From a virus (Duplodnaviria; Caudoviricetes), in the IMG/VR virus record IMGVR_UViG_3300042563_002400, positions 1 through 29,047 of that record: DNA of 29,047 bases; one strand, given 5' to 3'. Under the pieces are notes generated by a model. The model saw only the letters and a list, made by a program, of their open reading frames with translations, was not told the origin of the DNA and did not search any database. Positions 1 to 7,860 of the stretch are shown here, piece after piece (positions within the stretch are counted from its first letter, which is position 1; every line of letters begins with the position of its first letter). Both the position numbers and the translations under genes were made by a program.

Positions 1-897
1 GGTCTTGATTGTGATGGGACTTGGGATTCTTGTATTAATTTAAGTAGAAAGAATTATGCGACAATGGAATCTAATGGTAAGATTAAATTAACCGGAAACT
101 CAATTAAATCTAAAAAATTACCACTGTATATTGAGGTGTTCTTGGATAAAGGTGTGAAATTATTATTGGAAGGGAAAGGTCAGGAATTTATTGAATGGTA
201 CTTTGAATATCATCAAAGAATCTATGACCAAAAAATACCATTAAAACAAATCGCACAAAGAGCGAGAGTTAAACTATCAGTTGAAGATTATAAGAAAAGA
301 TGTGGTATGAAAACTAAAGCGGGTTCATTGATGAGTAGAATGGCTCATATGGAATTAGCAATTAAACACGACTTAAAAGTTTCGTTGGGTGATGTTATTA
401 GTTATGTTAATAATGGTGTTAAGGCATCTCACGGAGATGTTCAAAAAATCACCAAAAACAATTATACTAAAAAAGCGTTAGATTTGTTCACATCAGTAAA
501 TGGTGTGGAACCTGAAGATAAGTCTACCTCAACAATACAATTAAATTGTTATATGTTAGACCAAACTGAAATTGAGAATAACCCCGATTTAACCGGAGAA
601 TATAATGTTCCAAGAGCAATCTCCACATTTAATAAAAAGGTTGAACCATTGTTGATTGTTTTTAATAAAGAATTAAGAGAAAGTTTATTAATTGCTAATC
701 CGGAAGATAGAGGATTCTTCACCAAAACTCAATGTGAATTAATTGGTGGTGTTCCAAATAAAGAGGGTGACCAAGACACTATTGAAGATTTATTAACGAT
801 AACCGATTTAGAATTAAAGTTTTGGGATAGAGTTGGTGTTAGTTCAGAATATATTTATGATTTAGCCGAACCTGGTTGGGAAGAACATATTAATTAA
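1..897 (+). CDS. Family B DNA polymerase, C-terminal part (5'-truncated by the window edge)
   Basis: Frame 1 is open from base 1: GLDCDGTWDSCINLSRKNYATMESNGKIKLTGNSIKSKK. RKNYA...KLTG matches the PolB KKxY...KG palm/thumb region. The track's ATG at 64 is therefore an internal Met. Confidence 0.8.
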   Translation, partial: GLDCDGTWDSCINLSRKNYATMESNGKIKLTGNSIKSKKLPLYIEVFLDKGVKLLLEGKGQEFIEWYFEYHQRIYDQKIPLKQIAQRARVKLSVEDYKKRCGMKTKAGSLMSRMAHMELAIKHDLKVSLGDVISYVNNGVKASHGDVQKITKNNYTKKALDLFTSVNGVEPEDKSTSTIQLNCYMLDQTEIENNPDLTGEYNVPRAISTFNKKVEPLLIVFNKELRESLLIANPEDRGFFTKTQCELIGGVPNKEGDQDTIEDLLTITDLELKFWDRVGVSSEYIYDLAEPGWEEHIN

Positions 898-903
898 AAA
901 CAG

Positions 904-934
904 AAAAGGTGTCATATTCGACACCTTTTTTTTT
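904..934. terminator. Bidirectional intrinsic terminator between convergent genes
   Basis: AAAAGGTGTC-ATATTC-GACACCTTTT followed by a T run (926-934). The A run on the left gives a U tract on the minus strand. It lies between the stops at 897 (+) and 933 (-). Confidence 0.85.
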
Positions 935-1277
935 ATTCTAATTTTAATCCATCGGAACTTAATATATACCAGTTACCGTCAACCTTAAAGAACTCAACTG
1001 CCGCCCCCTTATCAATAAGGATTTCATCGTATTGTTCGTCAATAAGACCCATAAATGGAACAATTAAAACTTTTGTTAAAGCTTTAATTACGATATGTTC
1101 CGTACTACTTTGGTCTAAAATAATTTTACAATTTGGTACATCTTTAACTAATATGAATTCTTCACCATTAGTTCTGTGTTCCGGTATTGTAATAGTTTGA
1201 ACGGGATTAGAAACGTTTAAGTTGGACATTGTCCCAAATAATTTGTTCCCAATTTTTTTTCTTGTTATAAATGTCAT
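933..1277 (-). CDS. Hypothetical small beta-rich protein, possibly virion-associated (114 aa)
   Basis: Starts 5 nt after the neck gene stop. The C-terminal IDEQYDEILIDKGAAVEFFKVDGNWYIL pattern resembles small beta-sandwich modules of phage structural proteins. Confidence 0.5.
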   Translation of the reverse strand: MTFITRKKIGNKLFGTMSNLNVSNPVQTITIPEHRTNGEEFILVKDVPNCKIILDQSSTEHIVIKALTKVLIVPFMGLIDEQYDEILIDKGAAVEFFKVDGNWYILSSDGLKLE

Positions 1278-1282
1278 ATAAA

Positions 1283-2404
1283 TTAAATTACGTATATTTG
1301 TCTTGGCATTGCTCTAAACTTTAATTGTTTGTTAAGATTTTCAGCAATCTGTGCCTCTCTTTCCATAACCTTTTCAGGTTTAAGTCTTGTTAATCTACCT
1401 TCAGCACCAATCAATTCTTCAATTAATTTTGTTTTTTCATCTTTAGCTTCTGTTGCTAATGATGTATAATCCATCGTTAATTCACTGTCAGGTGTTTTAA
1501 TATTACCACTAAATTTACCACGAACTCTTGCTAATGTTTCTTTAACATATGCGGTAAACCAACGACGAATCCAAACTTGTGCTGGATTATTTAAGTCAAC
1601 CCAATCAATCTCTTCAAATGGTACGTCTGATGGTAACTTAATAATATCCGGATTAGCTTTTAAACATTTATCTCTATCTTGAGGTCCAACATCATAATAC
1701 CAATACCAAACTTTACCTCTTGACATTGTAGCGTTTCCAAAATCAAATTTACCACCTGGTGTTTGCATTAAATGTAACGCCTTTTTTCCTTCAGGTAAAG
1801 CGGTAATTTTATAAGTTAACTCACCGGCAATAATTCTTCTTTGAATGTTAATTTCTTGCATTCTTAATAACATATCAAAAGCGGGTGCCATAAAGAATGA
1901 CCCTGACATATTCATTTGAGCAAAACCACCGGGACCACCAAGACCAACACCACCTAATGAACCAAACGACCAAGGGTCAAATAATAGGTTATTAAGTTCT
2001 GCAGGTGTGTACCACATTACTTCATTTATTTCTCTTCCAGCAGGAATTTCATAAATTTGTTGTCCTTGAACTAATTGTACGTAATCTTTTTTAAGTTCCC
2101 AATCACCTCCGGCTTGTAACCCAACAATTTTAGAATAAGCGTAAGTGTATCTTGTTTCATAGTCTAAACTTTTAGTTATGAATGCTCGAGATAATGATTG
2201 TGTGTCTAAATTTAAGTTCGCCAATGAAGTCCATTGGGATTCAATTAACCAATCTTGAATATATTGAGAATAGTCACTAATAGATAATTCTAATAAACTA
2301 TCCATCATTTCATCTTCAATTTCAATAGAACGAAGAGGTGCACCTAAAAGGTGTCTAATTCTTGTATATAGTTTGGTTCTTTCTGGTTCTGCGATAACTG
2401 CCAT
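1283..2404 (-). CDS. Neck / head-tail adaptor protein (T4 gp13-like)
   Basis: N-terminal IRHLLGAPLRSIEIEDEMMD and C-terminal WIRRWFTAYVKETLARVRGKFSG...EAKDEKTKLIEEL follow the gp13-type neck pattern (LG.P...VE; W...Y..A..K...G..RGKF). TATTTAT motif upstream. Confidence 0.75.
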   Translation of the reverse strand: MAVIAEPERTKLYTRIRHLLGAPLRSIEIEDEMMDSLLELSISDYSQYIQDWLIESQWTSLANLNLDTQSLSRAFITKSLDYETRYTYAYSKIVGLQAGGDWELKKDYVQLVQGQQIYEIPAGREINEVMWYTPAELNNLLFDPWSFGSLGGVGLGGPGGFAQMNMSGSFFMAPAFDMLLRMQEINIQRRIIAGELTYKITALPEGKKALHLMQTPGGKFDFGNATMSRGKVWYWYYDVGPQDRDKCLKANPDIIKLPSDVPFEEIDWVDLNNPAQVWIRRWFTAYVKETLARVRGKFSGNIKTPDSELTMDYTSLATEAKDEKTKLIEELIGAEGRLTRLKPEKVMEREAQIAENLNKQLKFRAMPRQIYVI

Positions 2405-2429
2405 ATAGATTTGTGTTTCTATATAAATA

Positions 2430-3314
2430 TCATCTAAGAGTATAAATTAAACTTTTTTCAGGGAAAACAAAATTACCATTAATAATTGTCGTGTTGTTAT
2501 TCTCGAATATTAATATTTCTTTATTATTTTTTGAGAAAATTAACCAATCTGTTTTGTATTTTTTAACATTACCGGAACCTAATACAATTATAAAGTGATG
2601 TTCCTCGCTGATAGACCCAAAAGGTTTAATTTGTGCAGTTTTGGTTACACCATCAACAATTATCTCACAATCAATTCCACCAATCATATCTTCACTACTC
2701 CCAAGTTTTCCGACAGCATTTACGTTGTCTTCCCCAAATTGTTTTTTAAGGATTTCAACTGTAGTGTCTTCTCTTCTCTGACCCCAAGCGTGGGTTTGTC
2801 CTAATACCATCATAAGAGATTGGAATGTCGAAGATTCGGGATTAAAGATTCTTGTTTTATACTGGTCAATTATTGTTACGAATCTTTTAACTTGATTGAT
2901 TTGTTCGTAAGCATTTAAGTTTTGAAATGAAATCGGTTGTTGTCTTTGTGATGATAAAACTTTATTAACATCTCTAAGTAACACGCAGAAACAACTATAG
3001 TTTGTATTTAATTTATTGATTACTGAACGACCTTCTTGTTCTAAGTCGTATATTCCGGACATTTCACCTTCAGCATACTCACCTCTATTATAGTAATTGT
3101 CAGGAAAGACATCTCTTAAAATTCTATTAATTGCAAATTTAAATAAATCTTTAACTTTTGGGTTTGTGTTAAATACCTGTCTAATTTCTTCAACTTTAGA
3201 GGTTGAACATTTTTCGGCATTGGATTCTGACAGTATTAATGTTACTTTCTTATCCGTTTCATTTTTTTTAATCTCTTCAATTATAAGATTAACTTTGTTT
3301 TCTGTATTTTTCAT
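2430..3314 (-). CDS. Putative PD-(D/E)xK-fold nuclease (294 aa)
   Basis: The C-terminal WGQRREDTT...EDMIGGIDCEI...TAQIKPF has the E-helix / GID / QxK arrangement of restriction-endonuclease-like folds. Confidence 0.55.
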   Translation of the reverse strand: MKNTENKVNLIIEEIKKNETDKKVTLILSESNAEKCSTSKVEEIRQVFNTNPKVKDLFKFAINRILRDVFPDNYYNRGEYAEGEMSGIYDLEQEGRSVINKLNTNYSCFCVLLRDVNKVLSSQRQQPISFQNLNAYEQINQVKRFVTIIDQYKTRIFNPESSTFQSLMMVLGQTHAWGQRREDTTVEILKKQFGEDNVNAVGKLGSSEDMIGGIDCEIIVDGVTKTAQIKPFGSISEEHHFIIVLGSGNVKKYKTDWLIFSKNNKEILIFENNNTTIINGNFVFPEKSLIYTLR

Positions 3315-3355
3315 ATAGGCTTGTGTTTATTATGATAAATATCTTAACAACCGAA

Positions 3356-5131
3356 TTAACCTCGGTTGTTTATTTTATTCATAATTTCTCCGATAAAATC
3401 ACCTCTTTCATCTAAGTTGTCACCCATTACGGTTCCAATGTTTTGTTTCTTTTGATTTACCATATCGTAGATGATTGCCTCAATTGAGTTATCAAATATT
3501 GGGTAGTAAACCGATACCGAATTTTTTTGTCCGTATCTGTATGCTCTATCCTCTGCTTGAGCTAAGTCACCCGGAACAAATGAAAGGTCATTAATGATTA
3601 CCGCTTCGGCAGCGGTTAATGTGATTCCTACACCAGCAGCCTTTACGTTACCAACAAACACTTTAATCTTTTCGTTATCTTGAAATTGGTCAACAGCATA
3701 TTGTCGTTGAGGTTTTGGTGTTGAGCCATCTAATTTAACCGCTTGTTTTCCAAAATGTTCCGCAATTCTGTTTAATGTTTCGGTGAAGTTCGTAAAAATG
3801 ATAACTTTTTTATCTTGTTCTAAAATATTCTCGGCTAATTCAATAGTGTCTTTGATTTTTTCTTCGGCAATAACTTGACGTACTTTCATTAACTTACTAA
3901 ATTGAACTGTTAATGAGGTACTTTCATCAGGGTTTTTATTATACCAATCGTAGTATTCACCCATTAATCCTTCATAAAGTTTTGACTTTAATCTTAGATA
4001 AACAGGTGTAATAATTTTTTCAGGTAAATCTAAAACCTCGGTTTTCAATCTTCTTAAAACTTGTCTAGAAGTTCTATCCCTTAGTTCTTCTAAGTTTGAT
4101 GCTCCGGTAACATTCCATATTTTACGAGTTCCTGCGGTAAACTGATAACCTTGACAATATCTAATAGCATAAGCCATCCAATTCTGAGAAACCGGGCTTT
4201 CAATCAATGATAATAAGTTGAAATAATTCATTGGTCGGTTAGTCATTGGTGTTCCCGTTAATAACCACACTCTTTCACATTTTTTAGAAAAACTATTAAC
4301 TAATTTTGTTCTTGCCGCTTGTCCATTACTTACATAATGAGCTTCATCTAAAATAATTAAATCAAAATTTCCTTGTGTGATTAATGAATTGTCCTTATCT
4401 TTGAGGTCGTAGAAGTTTTTAAGAATATCATAATTTACAATTACAAAATCGTGTTCAATTGAAAAATTTTTACCTTCGGAAATATAAACACTTCTATCTG
4501 AATAATTCTCAATTTCTCTTTGCCAGTTAATCTTCAGAGATGCCGGACAAACAATTAATATTTTTTTTGCACCTGTTTCTAACGCAGCAATAATTGTTGA
4601 AGTTGTTTTCCCAAGACCCATATCGTCAGCAAGAATGAATCGTTTGGAACCCGCCAATTTCTCAATCGCCTCTTTTTGATGTGCAAGTGGTGGTCGATGT
4701 GAATATTTTTCATAATCAATTTCGACATTCTTAATTGTGTGTGTTTTAATTAAAGCACCTTTTGGTAGCCAAAAATCGTGGATAGTTTCAGAATCTAATA
4801 CTTTCCCCCAAACGTGGTAGGATTTTTCTTTCTCAACTAATAGCTTTTCCACCCATACCTGTTCGGGGATTTTAAGTAACAATTTTTCGTCGGCAATTTT
4901 TTTGGCAAAGTAGGGGTCTAAATCAACCCATCGTTTGGCTACCTTAGGTGTAACTTCGTAATAATTAATAATATAATCGCATTGAGACCTTGTAGGGAAA
5001 AATCTTTTATTGGTCTCTTTTTGGTGTTTTAATTTAAGGATATAGTTATTCGCCCCTTGATAAGTTTCAAGAAGATTTAACGCTCTTTGTTCGATTGTAA
5101 GATTAGTATTTTCTGGGGGATTGTTCTCCAA
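3356..5131 (-). CDS. SNF2-family (SMARCAL1/HARP-like) helicase/ATPase
   Basis: Motifs ILADDMGLGKT, VCPASLKINW, IILDEAH, LLTGTP, GVGITLT, QAEDRAYRYGQ. The start is placed at the in-frame TTG at 5131 rather than the track's GTG at 5158, because 5158 lies inside the putative promoter (5149-5177). Confidence 0.92.
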   Translation of the reverse strand: MENNPPENTNLTIEQRALNLLETYQGANNYILKLKHQKETNKRFFPTRSQCDYIINYYEVTPKVAKRWVDLDPYFAKKIADEKLLLKIPEQVWVEKLLVEKEKSYHVWGKVLDSETIHDFWLPKGALIKTHTIKNVEIDYEKYSHRPPLAHQKEAIEKLAGSKRFILADDMGLGKTTSTIIAALETGAKKILIVCPASLKINWQREIENYSDRSVYISEGKNFSIEHDFVIVNYDILKNFYDLKDKDNSLITQGNFDLIILDEAHYVSNGQAARTKLVNSFSKKCERVWLLTGTPMTNRPMNYFNLLSLIESPVSQNWMAYAIRYCQGYQFTAGTRKIWNVTGASNLEELRDRTSRQVLRRLKTEVLDLPEKIITPVYLRLKSKLYEGLMGEYYDWYNKNPDESTSLTVQFSKLMKVRQVIAEEKIKDTIELAENILEQDKKVIIFTNFTETLNRIAEHFGKQAVKLDGSTPKPQRQYAVDQFQDNEKIKVFVGNVKAAGVGITLTAAEAVIINDLSFVPGDLAQAEDRAYRYGQKNSVSVYYPIFDNSIEAIIYDMVNQKKQNIGTVMGDNLDERGDFIGEIMNKINNRG

Positions 5132-5148
5132 AATAATTCTTTTATAGA

Positions 5149-5177
5149 AATATAACACATTTTATAATATTTATCAA
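5149..5177 (-). promoter_or_regulatory. Sigma70-like promoter for the SNF2 helicase
   Basis: Minus strand TTGATA (5177-5172), 17-nt spacer, TATATT (5154-5149). Confidence 0.5.
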
Positions 5178-5178
5178 T

Positions 5179-5691
5179 ATGAATAATAAAGTACCAATTA
5201 CAAGAATAAGTAAGTTCTTCGGAGCGGAGGATTTTAAGTTAGAACAGGACTTCGGAACTGAATGGTTACACGGGGATATGAACTTTACATTAGTTCTATA
5301 TCGTGTTGATAGATATAAGACCAAAACGGACGATGTTTATGGTGAGACCGTATCTGATGGTATTAAGTTTTTACCACCTGTTGAATTCAAAGGGTATGTT
5401 CAAATTATGGCTCCTGAGAACAAATATTTAGGTAATTCTAAAATTGACCAAATGGAGCCGGGTAACCTTAAAGTCTCTGTTTATCAAAGAGATTTAGAAG
5501 AATTGGATATTGATATTAGTTATGGTGATTACATTGGATACTACGAAACGGAAGATAAAGTAAGATATTATACGGTTAACAATGATGGAAGGGTGACTTC
5601 AGATAACAAGCACACAATTGGGGGTTACAAGTCATTTTATAGAACTATTATGGCGTCTCCGGTTACAAATAACGAATTTAGAGGTCTATAA
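5179..5691 (+). CDS. Head closure / neck protein (T4 gp14-like)
   Basis: LYRVD...DDVYGE...F..PVE and GDYIGY...YYTV patterns typical of head-completion beta-barrels. It sits upstream of the tail terminator and sheath. Confidence 0.6.
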   Translation: MNNKVPITRISKFFGAEDFKLEQDFGTEWLHGDMNFTLVLYRVDRYKTKTDDVYGETVSDGIKFLPPVEFKGYVQIMAPENKYLGNSKIDQMEPGNLKVSVYQRDLEELDIDISYGDYIGYYETEDKVRYYTVNNDGRVTSDNKHTIGGYKSFYRTIMASPVTNNEFRGL

Positions 5692-6113
5692 TGAAAGTAG
5701 TAATAACAGAAAATAGATTATTTAATTCAATCTACAAATATATTGATGAAACCTTTAACTCAAATGATATGGATTGGGTTTATGGTCTTGGTGTAGATGA
5801 TGACGGATATGTTGATATTGATATGGAAAATGAAAACTTTTTAATTTTTTTTAAAGGTGAGTGGGAAGGTGAAGAAGATTCTGATTCTGTTTTTCATTAT
5901 TTTGATGTTGACTATTATGATAAAAATGACCCTTCACATAAACCTTTTAGAGACAAATCACCAACTTTAGAAGTTTTGGGTGAGTATGGAAGACACTTAG
6001 ACTCTATGTTTGATAACCATTGGCACGAACCAATGAAAAAATGGTTCCAAGATAATTTTAATTTACCGGTTAAAACATTATCAACATATTACAATTATGA
6101 AAATTATAATTAA
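5691..6113 (+). CDS. Hypothetical acidic protein with MKVVITENRL leader
   Basis: 140-aa ORF translationally coupled to its neighbours (TAATG overlap at 5689-5693). Very D/E-rich. Confidence 0.6.
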   Translation: MKVVITENRLFNSIYKYIDETFNSNDMDWVYGLGVDDDGYVDIDMENENFLIFFKGEWEGEEDSDSVFHYFDVDYYDKNDPSHKPFRDKSPTLEVLGEYGRHLDSMFDNHWHEPMKKWFQDNFNLPVKTLSTYYNYENYN

Positions 6114-6543
6114 AGAAAATCAATATAAAAAGTTATTAGAAACTATTACCAATGATGAAGAAAAAAATCATATAGGTGATAGAGTTATGGTTTATTATAA
6201 TTTACATAAACACACATTTTCAGTAAGTCGTGATGGTAGAGTAATTACTCACGCTGATTATGTTAAATTAGTTGATGTCGAATTTAGAGTTAGACAAGGA
6301 GGTAGAGATAAGGTATTACAAGACAAAAGAAAAAATGTTCATTCATTTGTTATTGGTTATTTAGTTGATTATTGTAGTTATCCTTGTGAAGATATGCCGA
6401 GTGAACCAAATAATAATATTGTAACTTATAACCCATATAAGTATAATTCATTTGTTATGAAAGATACTGAAGAACCAATATACCGTGCCGGTGAAGTTAA
6501 AATGATAAATTCAAGAAACAAAATATTTATAACAAAACAATAA
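6097..6543 (+). CDS. Phage hypothetical protein (VYYNLHK...FSV type) with MKIIIKENQYKKLLE leader
   Basis: 148-aa ORF. VYYNLHKHTFSV, FRVRQGGRDKV...KNVHSFVIG and YNPYKY resemble a recurrent phage hypothetical family of unknown function. Confidence 0.6.
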   Translation: MKIIIKENQYKKLLETITNDEEKNHIGDRVMVYYNLHKHTFSVSRDGRVITHADYVKLVDVEFRVRQGGRDKVLQDKRKNVHSFVIGYLVDYCSYPCEDMPSEPNNNIVTYNPYKYNSFVMKDTEEPIYRAGEVKMINSRNKIFITKQ

Positions 6544-6544
6544 A

Positions 6545-7582
6545 ATGGGTTTACCAAGTAAAATAAAAAAAAATATACCACTAACTGAATCTAAAACTCT
6601 TTTTGCAAGACGTGAAGAACTTTTAGAAAAAATTAATAAAGACGGGACTTATCTCCCAAAATCTTTATTGCACGCCGATTTAGATAGAGGATTTTTAGAT
6701 TTTGTTAAAAATGATTTAAAAGTGGTTGTTGAAGGTAAAACCATCCCAACGGTTGATATTTTGGTGACAACACAGAATTGGGCTCAATTTACCGAAACTT
6801 GGAATTTTCAAAATATAGATAAAAATGCTGAACCACCATTTATAACGGTTGTTAGAACTCCCGAAGTTAAATATGGGACTAACCCTGCGGTTGTATATAA
6901 TATCCCTAATAGAAAACAATACTTTTATGCTCAAGTACCTACTTGGGATGGGCAGAGAAATGGAATGGATATTTATACTATACCACAACCGGTCCCGGTA
7001 GACATTACTTATTCAGTTAAGATTATTTGTAATAGAATGAGAGAGTTAAATAAACTTAATCAAATCATTTTAGAAAAATTTGCATCAAAACAAGCTTATA
7101 CAGTTATCAAAGGTCATTATATCCCAATTGTTATGGGAGGAATTACTGACGAATCTGTTTTTGATGTTGAAAAAAGAAAATACTACATTCAAACTTATGA
7201 GTTTACAATGTTAGGTTTTTTAATTGATGAGGATGAATTTGAAGTAGCACCCGCTATTACAAGAGTATTAACATCAGCAGAATTTGACCCAAACAACACT
7301 AAAAGACAGAAAAAAATAACTGAAGAAAGTAAAAGTTTCCAAACAAATGTTTTATTTGTTGTGGGTAATAACACCTTAAACCAAAAAATAAACTACACCG
7401 TAGATGTTAACATTGGTGATGTTATTAATGTGGAGAGTTTTGATGTGTTTATTAATGGGGATTATTATGGTAGTGATTTAACTTTATTACAAATCAATAC
7501 AAACGATGTATTAAGAATTGATGTTGTTAAAAAAGACGAGAGTAAAGAAAGTACAATCCAACTATTAGATTTGTTACTTTAA
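6545..7582 (+). CDS. Tail terminator / sheath stabiliser (T4 gp15-like) with C-terminal beta extension
   Basis: PQPVPVDITYSVKIICNRMRELNKLNQIIL and YIQTYEFTMLGFL match the gp15-type P.P..I.Y.L.I...Q..E.I pattern. Located before the sheath. Confidence 0.65.
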   Translation: MGLPSKIKKNIPLTESKTLFARREELLEKINKDGTYLPKSLLHADLDRGFLDFVKNDLKVVVEGKTIPTVDILVTTQNWAQFTETWNFQNIDKNAEPPFITVVRTPEVKYGTNPAVVYNIPNRKQYFYAQVPTWDGQRNGMDIYTIPQPVPVDITYSVKIICNRMRELNKLNQIILEKFASKQAYTVIKGHYIPIVMGGITDESVFDVEKRKYYIQTYEFTMLGFLIDEDEFEVAPAITRVLTSAEFDPNNTKRQKKITEESKSFQTNVLFVVGNNTLNQKINYTVDVNIGDVINVESFDVFINGDYYGSDLTLLQINTNDVLRIDVVKKDESKESTIQLLDLLL

Positions 7583-7743
7583 TCTTCTCCGTAGATATCT
7601 TTTTTAGGTTTACATTTTTCAATAATTAACCTTTCCAAAAACCTGTACATTTTAATACCCCTCTTTTCACAGTAGGTTTTAAGAATCTCGTGTGTCTCCA
7701 CCGATATCTTTAAATTTTTAATCTTTTTGATGTCTTTATCCAT
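7579..7743 (-). CDS. Ribbon-helix-helix DNA-binding protein (54 aa, absent from the ORF track)
   Basis: Manual translation: MDKDIKKIKNLKISVETHEILKTYCEKRGIKMYRFLERLIIEKCKPKKDIYGED*. Beta strand KNLKIS, helix ETHEILKTYCEKRG, helix MYRFLERLI. Its stop overlaps the stop of 6545..7582 (TTAA 7579-7582). Confidence 0.8.
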   Translation of the reverse strand: MDKDIKKIKNLKISVETHEILKTYCEKRGIKMYRFLERLIIEKCKPKKDIYGED

Positions 7744-7822
7744 AAGTAGAAAAAAGGCAGAAAATAATCTACCTAAAATATAAATAGTTGCTACGAAGTA
7801 AAGTATTTTGATTTTTTTTTAA

Positions 7823-7829
7823 TATTTAT
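7823..7829 (+). promoter_or_regulatory. TATTTAT putative late-promoter motif (sheath copy; representative of 11 sites)
   Basis: The same heptamer lies on the sense strand upstream of starts at 2404(-), 3314(-), 5179, 6545, 7743(-), 7861, 12484, 13079, 14022, 15926 and 27999. Confidence 0.7.
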
Positions 7830-7860
7830 ATATAAAATAAATTAATAAACAAACAAACTA

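Noticed and set aside
7779-7786. T4-type TATAAATA late promoter on the plus strand for the sheath
   Set aside because: The other sites in the window have the motif as TATTTAT on the sense strand, and the sheath has its own copy at 7823. This one fits better as the minus-strand box of the RHH gene, though it cannot be fully excluded.
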